Shown: one piece after another, positions 1 to 10,800 of the stretch
How positions within the stretch are numbered: position 1 is the first letter of the stretch
How the letters are laid out: every line of letters begins with the position of its first letter
Assembly: GCA_043228905.1 (NCBI GenBank)
Contig: JBHGNT010000001.1
Span: 3,844,001 to 3,908,000 of the forward strand
Source: Azolla caroliniana
Lineage: Eukaryota > Plantae > Polypodiophyta
DNA length: 64,000 nucleotides
Direction: 5' to 3'
Notes under the pieces: generated by a model
The model's database searches: none
What the model saw: only the letters and a program-made list of their open reading frames with translations
What the model was told of the DNA's origin: nothing
Position numbers and translations under genes: made by a program

Positions 1-245
1 CATTTTCGAATATCATCCAGAGGGTCGTCCCCCTTTGGAATCAAATATATTAGGCCTTATGTCCATTCCTGAGGCATATAACCATGGTCAAAAATTTGTT
101 GGTAGGCATAAGTCAAAACATTACCAATCATATCCCAATACTCTATATACCATGAAACCCCCATCCCATCAACACCTAGACCAACATCCTTACCTAAAGC
201 CTTTGCTGCTAACAAAACTTCCGAAGGTTGCAACGAAGCAAGCAA
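1..245 (-). mobile_element. L1-type LINE reverse transcriptase fragment (degenerate, runs off the window)
   Basis: Minus-strand frame reads ...KDVGLGVDG...YWDMIG...PQEWT*GLIYLIPKGDDPLDDIRK. This matches the PGxDG / W / I.LIPK..D...WRPI region at the start of plant L1 RT and has an internal stop. Confidence 0.7.
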
Positions 246-1018
246 GCAACGAAGATCATGAGTATGTCTTACTATAACAATGGCATGTTCTTATATTAAA
301 CAATTATGACCATAAAATGTGAAAGGCAACAATATTGGTCCAATTGCCCATTGTAATATGCACATAGGTAAATGTTTTGAGAGACAACATATGTTTTTGT
401 TTTCAGAATAAATACCATCCTAACTTAGGTTGGATTGTCATCCATTGCACATGTCTCTGTACCATTGATTCAACTCATACAATATGGATATAGAGCAAAC
501 TTATCTCTTTGTTTAGAATTCAAACCCCCATGGTTGCATTGCACATTCATGCATGTACTCGCACCTTCATGATCCAAACACAGTGAGTTATATCGTATTC
601 ATTTACCAAGAGGATGACAACTCATGTGACCATCTTCATGTACATCTATCCTATTCCACCTTCGTGCATGGGATGCATATTATGTTTTTATTTTAGTTGA
701 GCATATTTCATTTCTATTAGACATGTTTAGGTTCTTATTGTGCTTAGGTTTGAGTGATTGGTTTTGGAGGGCAATTTGTTCATTTTTACCCCCCTCAATT
801 GCACATCCACTAAGCCCTCCTAGAGGGTAAAGAAGATCATCATAGTTTCATTGTTTGATATTGATGTACCCATTCACTCACATACCTTGAATGGAATGGA
901 CAATGTTGCTTGTCCACTTGTGTTTTCCCAATGTTGAGATTGCTTCCAAGTTTGGATAAGGTCTCAACAATTTGTTTGATACCACCATTGCGTTATAAAC
1001 GAACCTTGAAAAGAGTGC

Positions 1019-1052
<34 letters not shown>

Positions 1053-2733
1053 AAATGGTGAGCATACATGAATGGTAGATTGGATTAACAAAGAATGGGG
1101 AATCAAGAGGTCTACTGGTTGGTGGCAAAGAGTGATGCTATTATGTGGAAATATTGTATTCCTTTTTTAGCAAAGTTTTCATTTTGGTGGGTTATGGGGT
1201 AGGCGGATTGCCTCTACAAGTTGCTTTGTGACCATGGAATGCTTGTTTGGGCATGTCTTATTTTTTGCAGAGTTGTGGTTGCACGCATGCGCCATAGGTA
1301 CATTAGTTGTTTCACAATGATATCTATTTGAATATTTACATCAACAACATGGGCTTCTCTTAATAGGATATCAAAATCCCCTTTCCAAATGGATATTTAC
1401 TCAATGTGCTATTAGATTGCCCCACCCATAGTTTCAAATTGTGTTTTAGTTTCTCATACATTTTGACATAATTGGCATATGCATGGTTTTGTTTTCGGTG
1501 TTGAATATGGAGTTCAACGAGACATTCAAAGCTTAAAAGACATGTTACTATGGCAATTCTCTTTTGTTGGTTAGTCGTGATACAATAAATCATGTCCACG
1601 AATTATTTTGGCTATTACGTAACACGAAGAAATAGCTCCATCGAGTTGAATAAGCGATAAGGAATACAATGGGCAATCAGATGGGGTTTGCTCAATATTG
1701 CATCCCATACAATGGCAATTTATTTATTTATTTTCCAAAAAATATACAATGGCAATTAGATGGGGCTTGCTCGATATTGCATCCCATCTACCATACATGT
1801 TGTAATTAAGAGATTAGATTACATCATATTTTTTTATCAGAGAGAACATTCATTATGGAATCCTTTACACAACAACAATTCATGTGTAGGTATACCGTAT
1901 GATATGGCAATGAAACCTTGATTTTGCATAGTGAATGAAAGTGCCAACTCTACAAACCAACACATAAACCTTAACTCTATAGAGACAAAGGGAGAGTGTA
2001 TGATATTTATTTTTGACCACTAAGGGACAATGGAAACGAAACGTTTAAGGGATTCTCTCCTCTTGGAAATGTATGAGGACAAAGTCATATCAAATGATGC
2101 TTATTGCGTATGTAATTCTTGATTCATCCGGTGGGTTCACTGTTCTACTTGAGACCAAAACTAAAACTCATTCTTCTTTGTTAGAAGTAATGGAACTTTG
2201 CTCCAAAAAAGTTTTGCATGTCAGGCATTTCCAATGTAGTACATGTACTACATCTTCCAACTACTTTGAAATGTCATGTAGTTCTAAGACGACACACTCT
2301 TTCATATTGTGCAAGGCCTAGCAAGCACTTTGTTGAATTTAATGCCCACATGACCTCATGGAGGATAAGAGGAACTACTTTGTTAAGACCATTGAACATG
2401 GCCAAAGGCCTATACAACATTGAATCAAAGTGCGATGGTTAGACCCACAAACATGTTCGGGACAAAATATGCATAGTTGACAAGTCTCCTCACATGGATC
2501 CCAATGCCCCATCACATATCAATAAAGAATGTGACCTAAATCACGTGGACGCAACAGTAAACAACACGAAGGGGTTCATAACATGTATCGTGAGCCTCCA
2601 CATACATTTCGCAAGTTTCCCGAAGACGCTGGTGGGCGATAAGGGGCATACATTAGCATGTGAGTTCGTATGACGATGCAAGCGTGAAGCAAGTGCAAAT
2701 GCATCTACTATGTCGTGCAAACCATGTCTTCAA

Positions 2734-2769
<36 letters not shown>

Positions 2770-2776
<7 letters not shown>

Positions 2777-5700
2777 GATAAGTGTGTGTGTTTGTCTTTG
2801 AGAAAGAAAGAAAGAAAGAAAGATATATTAACGTCTTCTAAGGCCAAATTTGGCCCATGAGACAAATGGTTTACAAAAAATGGGATATTTACCCATTCAT
2901 CGAAAGTAAAAAATTTCAAAATAAGATAAAAATAGTTCTAAAAAAAAAACATGTTCTACAATGAAAAGATGTTATACTAGGCCTAATTTCATTTCCGTCC
3001 AAGTCTCTCGAAGAGAAGCGGGAGGTAAAAGGGTTGCAATGTGGATGTGGCCCGTGGTCCCAATGTAAAAGGTACCCCGACCATAGCTTCTAGTCGACGT
3101 AGCTCACATTCCCTTATCTTCTTAAACTTTTCTACTCCACGTCGACTTGTTTTGAAGCCCAACATCCGAGGGCGTTTGGTTGTTCTTTGTATTTCTGCTT
3201 CCTTAAGGGAGAGGCCGAGCGGCGTAAGTGTATCCACATTCATCGTCTCCCCTTGTTCCTGAAAAATTACAGTAGTTACATGTTGATGAATAGTAAAAGG
3301 GTTATGATTAACAGTTTGTAATTTATTCTCCCTATGTTGTTTTAGCTCTAAGATATACCTACCTAGTCTTTTTACACTCAGGGTATCTAATAGTTTGGAG
3401 AGGGTGGGAGAGGGTCCTAATATGTCTTGGTATTCCGCCCGTATCTCGACATAAGTTGGGCACTTGCATGTGAAGTGATACTCATCCTCTATCTCTATGT
3501 GGCATAACCTACATAGCCTTTCCTCTCTAGGGACTCTATTAGCGCAACCATTCTCAATCTCAAGTTGGTGAGATGATATCCTAAGTTGTCCAATGGCCAC
3601 CCTTAGTGCATTTGATAAGAATGTATCTAGATATCTTGGTCGTGTAATAAAAGCTAACTTAGAGAAGTGCAAGAAGTGTTCCTTATAGTACAACATTTTA
3701 GATGGGCGTGGCTCTCGTGGGGTGATCCATTTATATCGAATGTAAATTTGCCATATTTCTTGGCGTATCACTTTATTACGGTCTTCATGAGAGATTAGAG
3801 TTTGATCAGTCCCATGGTTGTACTTAAGGGGAGGTAGGTTATTAATGTCTATGTCGTTTGCAAGTAACCAACTCACCACAATGCTATACCAAGAGCTAGT
3901 GTCTCCAGATGCATGTAGGGATCGGGATGCCTCAAAGGCTCGACGAGATATCCTATCTTGTGGTTGGCTATGTATCTAATGAATAAAAACTACCATTTGA
4001 AAGAGTGCTTCTACTAACATCGGGGGTAGACTAAACTCTGCTCTAATAATGTCATGCGGTACTGTCGATTTGCTTCGGAGTTGACGTGATAACATCATCA
4101 CCAAAGGTCTCTCTAATTGCGTCCACATGAAGGATGGTAGACCTGGAGCCCATACTACTGATGCATACATGAGGGAAGGGGTCACTAATGAGTCGAAGAG
4201 CCATCCCTTAGTCCGTGGCTCTTGAAAGTATGCCTAGTGGCATTGTCTCTCTAAGAGTGAGAGGGATGCATACCCTCTCGTTAGTCTATCTTTGGTTGCC
4301 TGGGTCATCGAGAATTTACCTGAGCGAGCACTAAAAGTGACTCCCAAGTATACATACGATCCCACTACCTCAACTAGTTTATGAGAGAGGGTTAGGTGAC
4401 ATTTACTCCTAACTTGGGACGATGTATGAAATATAAGGACTTTAGTTTTCGTTAGATTCACTACTAGTCCTCGTTGTGTACAAAAGTCGTCTAAGGCATT
4501 AAGATGCTTTTGTAGGTCGTGTTCCGACTCCGAGAGCAAGACAATGTCGTCTGTGTAGAGTAAGAGACTAACTTGCGTATCCCCAATAACTACTCCCTTT
4601 CGAGCAATAAAATCAGTGATCTCATCAATGTAGATCCCAAAAAGAGTTGGTGACAAGGGGCAACCCTGTTTTACACCAATGGTGCTAGTGAAACAATCGG
4701 ATAGGCCACCTGGGCATCATACGCATCTAGAGATTTGCTCATATAAGGCATAAATAGCCCAGATCATGTCCTTTGGTATCTCCAAGCTCTTAAGTCTATC
4801 AAACAACCTCTCCCTAGGAACTGTGTCAAAGGCTTTGCAGAAGTCCACAAAGCAACAATATAGTTTCTTCTTACGAGCCTTCGTCTAGTCAATTAAGCAC
4901 CTAAGTGTGAAGATATGGTCAATAGTGGAGAAGGCTTGTCTAAAGCCAGTCTGCTCAGGTGCGTGAAGACTTAACGTTTCCATATAATCGCTGAGCTCCG
5001 CTTCCATTACTGCACCATATAGTTTAGCGAGCATATGACCTATCATAATGGTCCTATATGTATTTGGGTCCATTGGGTCCCCTCCTTTATGTATAGGGGC
5101 CACTATGTTCATGGCCCATTGTGGTGGAAAACCCTCGGCGAGGGCACGGTTGAAGATTAGAGTGAGAAGGGGGGCTAGGCACTCTCGAGCATATATGATG
5201 TGCTCGGCTCGCAATCTTGTGTGGTCCATGGATTTCCTATGTTGTAACTTTTTTATGACCTTCGTGATCCTAGAGGTCGTGAAAAGTGTCCCCATGGTAG
5301 GTTGAGGTGTGGAAGGCATTGAAATGGATGGTTGGTTCGGGACATGGTAGAGTCTCTCGATGTATGTGTGCCAAATATTGGGATCCTCGATGGGTGTTTG
5401 TGGTCTCGGTTCTCGTAGTCTCTTCCATGTAAGGGCACAATCCCTACTCATGAACATATGGTAGAGTTCCCAATATTGAGATGTTTCCCAAGCTCGTCTT
5501 TTACGTTGTGTCATCTTGCGCATCTCTTTGCGAGCCTATACTGAGGAAATAGTACCACTAAGTCGCGACACCTTAAGTTGTCTATACAACTCTCTACAAT
5601 CCTCATCATACCACTTGTTCTGTGGCATAGACCCTATTCTACTATGATTGGAACCTTTCGTGCATGGGAAGCTCCTAGTTGCTGCTGAGTGAAGGATGTG

Positions 5701-5951
5701 TGAGTTCTGTAGTGAGGTTCTCTAAAGGCAAGGAAGAATCAAAAGAGGAGAGATGGGCTAGTACATGTCGAGAGTAGATGTCAGCGAGCTCATGCGTGAA
5801 ATGTATTATGGTGTGATGGGTTGGTTGACTAGAGTTGGTGGCGTGGGAGATGTCACATTTTAGCTCAAAGTATAGGAAGTTATGGTTTGCACCAATGGGG
5901 CATGGGGCCACTTGGAAGGAGTTAACCATGTGGGTAGCTTTGGTGCGTCCT
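2770..5951 (-). mobile_element. Decayed, 5'-truncated non-LTR retrotransposon (LINE ORF2 with RT and C-terminal CCHC-type finger)
   Basis: Stop-interrupted ORFs 4885-5523 (APIHKGGDPMDPNTYRTI, QTGFR..STIDHIFTL), 4234-4656 (SPTLFGIYID, LLLYTDD, YVYLGV), 3976-4185 and 2989-3879 (LRISSHQLEIENG, CRLC..EDEYHFTCKCPTY). FVDFCKAFD and GVKQGCPL are readable between the ORFs. The 3' boundary is approximate. Confidence 0.9.
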
Positions 5952-6120
5952 AACAAACAAACAAACAACAAGAAGAAGAAGAAGAAAAAGAAGAAGGAAG
6001 GAAGAGAAGGAATGGGATGGGGGCCGTTTTTGTCGTCCATGGCTTAGGGTGCGAAATTAGTAGCCCTTTCCTTTATTTTCCCTTTGTCCGCTTTCACACT
6101 TAGCCCCCCCCCCCCCCCCT

Positions 6121-6160
<40 letters not shown>

Positions 6161-6365
6161 GAAGTGGCCGGGCTCAGAAGAGCTCACATGTTTCCCACAT
6201 GGAGGAGGGGGGGCTAAGTGTGAAAGCGGACAAAGGGGAAATAAAGGAAAGGGCTACTAATTTCGCACCCTAAGCCATGGACGACAAAAGCGGCCCCCAT
6301 CCCATTCCTTCTCTTCCTTCTTCTTTTTCTTCTTCTTCTTCCTGTTGTTTGTTTGTTTGTTTGTT
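5952..6365. repeat. Inverted repeat with arms of about 170 bp (5952-6123 and 6200-6365) and a spacer of about 76 bp containing (CT)n
   Basis: The left arm aacaaacaa...gggccgtttttgtcgtccatggcttagggtgcgaaattagtagcc...ccctcca is the reverse complement of tggagg...ggctactaatttcgcaccctaagccatggacgacaaaagcggccc...ttgtttgtt, with a few transitions and repeat-length differences. Confidence 0.95.
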
Positions 6366-6371
6366 TCCCGC
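6364..6371 (+). promoter_or_regulatory. Candidate E2F binding site TTTCCCGC
   Basis: Exact match to the plant E2F consensus, just upstream of the pyrimidine-rich leader of the TSO1/TCX-like gene. Confidence 0.5.
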
Positions 6372-6404
6372 GCTCTTCTTTCTTCATTAATTTACTTTCC
6401 CTCG

Positions 6405-6442
<38 letters not shown>

Positions 6443-6553
6443 CTCAGAAAATACCTTCTTCTTCTTCTTCTTCGTCGTCGTCGTCTCCTTTCCCTTCTCT
6501 TCTTTCTCTTCTACTGTAGCTGATTCTGCTTCCACTTCATCGCCGTAGCAACG

Positions 6554-6593
<40 letters not shown>

Positions 6594-7865
6594 GACATTT
6601 CTCAGTCTCTAAAGCTCCCCCCCTTTCCTCGCCTTCTTCTTCGTCTTTCTTCTTTTCCCCACAATTTGCTCCTTCCTCTCACACTTTTCTATCTGCTCAG
6701 CAACACCATCCAAACTTGTCCGGGATCACCTAACAGTCTTCTTCTTCTCCTTCATCGCCATCGCCATCGCCATCAGCATTTTCATCATCCTTCCTTTTCT
6801 TCTTCTTCTTCTTCTTCTTCTTCTTCTTCTTTGTCTTTAACCTCATGGTCACAGCATACCTGCTGTTAACAAGATCCGCTTCATATTCTTATTTCCTTGA
6901 AAAACATACTACCCCTGCGGTGCTTGAATGTTAGATTTCACAGTAATGCGCTTCAAAGGAAATCTTAAACATTACTGACAGGTCACATCAACTTTTTTCG
7001 ACCTACGCAAATCTTCCATTCTTTCTTTCGTATATCCCTACACTAAGAATTTTCACTGCTATAGACTGTCATTGTTGAAGACTTACAGAATTTGCGTTCA
7101 GGAGCTTACATGCTCTGCTGAAATCAAGAACCGAAAGTTTTTGTCCGGCTTTTCCCGGAGTGCGCAACTATTGTGAAAGATCTGAAGAGCCGCAGTATCC
7201 TTAGCTTATCTATGTTAGAGAACAGTCAAGAAACAACAAAATTATCCTACCTTCTTCCGGATTTACTGATTTACTGGAATTTCGTGAAAGATCTGCCGGA
7301 TAATAGAAATTTGGCGTTTTTTATTTGCTAAATCGACAGGAAATAAGACTTCTGCCTGGCATTCTCTTCTCTCCAACCTCATAATTAAATATCTACTTAA
7401 TTAACTTTCCCGAACTTCGTTGATTTGCTATATCAGTCTGGAAAACGACGATTTGCATGTTACATTCTTTCCAGTTCACTGGCATTGTGAAAAATATACA
7501 GAATCAGTTTTTTGGGATTCTTTTCCTCAACTTGCCAGTGAACCTTCACATTCTTTGATCTCTACCGTCATCGTGAATGATAAGCAAATTTTAGAGTTTC
7601 TGACCACATTTGTTTTGGAGAACCATCAAGGCACAACGTTTTCTTCCTAAAATGGTTCTATCGTTCTGATTCAAAACCAGAGTTTCTGAGCTTCGCTTAA
7701 TACCAAATTCTCATCAGAAAACGAATATATCTGCCTCATATTCTTTCCGAGGGCACTGGCATTCTGAAAGGTCTGTAAAATAGGTGTTTACAGAGATTCT
7801 TTGTTTTGGAGGTCTTCGGGAAACTATGCTCGTTGTTTGTAGCGTTTTCCGAATTTAGCAAGATC

Positions 7866-10800
7866 ATGGAATCACCGGAAAGAAATCCCCACACCTCGGA
7901 TTGTGAACCTCAGGTACTTAATATTTTTCCCACAATGATTTGACGTGTTTCTTTCTTTCTTTTTCTTTAAACATGTTCCATCGTCTAGATCATTAAAAAG
8001 TGTTTTTCTTATCATATTTTGCATTTTTCGGTGAGCTTATTTTCTAGATCCAGAACTCTCTCTTCTGAAAAAACATAGCAGATTGTTTTAACAAGAATGT
8101 TGCTTCCAGTTTGTAAGAAATTTATACAATGCTGTTGTCTTTTAACGCCGCTTGAATATGTTTTCTGAAAAGAATGCGTGCTATATAGTTTTGGCACGAA
8201 TGTTGCTTTTAACATGTGAGAAATCTCGGCATTGCTTTCATTGCTGCGCTATTTCCCATAGCAAGGTAATGGTTTCTGAAAATAAGGTTTACAATATAAT
8301 GTTCACCAGATTGTTTTGTTTTAATATTATGGTCTATTAGTATTCTAGCTGGCTTTATCTATCCTGGTAAGAAAATTCATTATATAGGTTTAACTAGAAT
8401 GTCGCTTAGAATTTATAAGAAACTCAATGAAATGCTGTTGTGTTTGTGAAATTTCTATTTGCGAGGTTATCTGTGTATAAAGAAAAGCTATTGTATAATT
8501 TAGTAAGGTTGTGATTCAAATTTCCTACAAATTAATTAAGTACTGCTGTATTCCTGCAGGGATCACCCACGTTCAGCTTTTTGTGTACTCTTTCCCCTAT
8601 CAAGCCTGTGAAATCAGCACGTTTGGCACAAACATACTCAGAAATTAATTTTCCATCTGCTGTTTCTTATAATGCTCCTAAAGTGGAACAAGAAGATTCA
8701 GCATCTTTGACAAAGTGAGTCGGATATGCAAATGAGATATGCATCACATAGTCAATCTTTTGGTTTAACGGGGCTTAAAATCTACATTTTGGTTTAAAAT
8801 ACCTCAATCAAGTAGAAGGAAGTTTTTTATGGGCTAATTATCATTTCATTCTAATAATTTTCAATAGTTTTGATAACACATTTGAATTGTAAATTTTGTG
8901 CCCAGGGATCATTGCAGAAACACTCCAAGAACCACACAAGTGACTAAGTTAAAACAAATAACCTTCTCAGGAGGACTCAAAAGTCCTAAAAGGGATAATA
9001 AGATACATGAGCATGAAGAGAAAACCTCAAAGACGCCTGTGAAACTAAGTTCCATGTCAAATAAGGGCAACCGTGAATGCAATGAGTTAGATAACTCAGA
9101 GAATTTAGTGACAGTCGATACTGTTACTGAAGATGTGGTCAATCCTACAGCTTGTTGCAGATCGGAAATTGATACTGGCTTAATGGGCAAAGATATAGTG
9201 TTAGAGCACTCTAGAGTGCTATGCAACACAATCTGTTTATCTTCTGCCAACAGTGGGGATTGCAAGAAACTTCTTGATTTCAGTCGAGAGGTCTCTGAGC
9301 TTGAATTTATGATGTTTGGTGAGTGTGATAAGCATAGTCAACAAATGTGTGTGACTGAAAACGAAGCTCAGGTATTATCTCCCACTCTACTTGGACTGTC
9401 GATCGAGGAAGTTGAAGAGTATATTGCTTCACTCAAAGAAGTTGTGAAAGAGGAGCAAGAGAAAAAAGAAACAGGCTGTTCCAGCGAGGTGATAAGCAAT
9501 AGCGATGGTGAAAATAATAATTTTGCCGATGCTTTAGTGGACGAAGATAACCAAAACCCATCCACTGCAGTCAGGGTAAGCTTTAAAGATTTTTTAACAC
9601 GTTGTGTTTGTTAGTTGGGCTCGATCTTACTTTTTAATTTTGTATGTCGTTTTTATAGACTTTGCCATAAAATATCCATACATTGAAACCGTAGGACCAA
9701 TGAAATTATGCCTCACAACATGTTCGATCCACAAGATGGATCCCGGCTGTCTATGCTAGAGGGTATTACACTAAGCATTTTCATAAAAACTTCACTTCCA
9801 CATTTTTGGTTCTCAAAATAACCGGGATGTGATTTAGACTCCCCAATCCATAAGGGGTAGAAGAAAACAAAAGTCTAATTTTCAAGCCAACGCAAACCCT
9901 CTCTCGAGGCAGAATGCTTTATTGATAAGCTATTTCTTGATTATATATGTTTTCTCGATTGATTATTTATTGAATGCGGTGGTATATTCGTTCTGTGTGA
10001 AATATGAGTTTTGGTTATTTGGTGAATACGCCATCAGTGCAATATTTTCTCCCCTAAGTTGGAGTCTTTGGGTTTAGGGTTTAGGGTTTAGGGGTAGAAG
10101 AAAACAAAAATCTAATTTTCAAGCCAACGCAAACCCTCTCTCGAGGCAGAATGCTTTATTGATAAGCTATTTCTTGATTATATATGTTTTCTCGATTGAT
10201 TGTTTATTGAATGCGGTGGTATATTCGTTCTGTGTGAAATATGAGTTTTGGTTATTTGGTGAATACGCCATCAGTGCAATATTTTCTCCCCTAAGTTGGA
10301 GTCTTTGGGTTTAGGGTTTAGGGTTTAGGGGTAGAAGAAAACAAAAATCTAATTTTCAAGCCAACGCAAACCCTCTCTCGAGGCAGAATGCTTTATTGAT
10401 AAGCTATTTCTTGATTATATATGTTTTCTCGATTGATTGTTTATTGAATGCGGTGGTATATTCGTTCTGTGTGAAATATGAGTTTTGGTTATTTGGTGAA
10501 TACGCCATCAGTGCAATATTTTCTCCCCTAAGTTGGAGTCTTTGGAATCCCTCACCAACTAGCACATAATGCTGCAAAAATAACCCACGTTTCATGGGTC
10601 ATCCTAGCATGACCAAAATAACATGTGCCACTTTGACATCATGCACATACCATGGGGCATTTATGTGTACATGCTTTTAATTAGCAGCTTCATGCTATAG
10701 AAATGTTTGGTCTATGCATTTCCCCATGTTCATTACTTCAGTTTTACATTCTCACCGTTTTAGAGAGTTCATCGTCTAGATCAGCTTGACATCATTTTAT

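Noticed and set aside
5675-6047. 121-aa and 70-aa ORFs across the LINE/inverted-repeat junction
   Set aside because: They are chimeric low-complexity frames made by the junction, with no evidence of a real gene.
9853-10545. CRISPR-like repeat-spacer reading of the telomere-linked array
   Set aside because: The long units are identical and not unique spacers, the context is a eukaryotic intron, and there are no cas genes.
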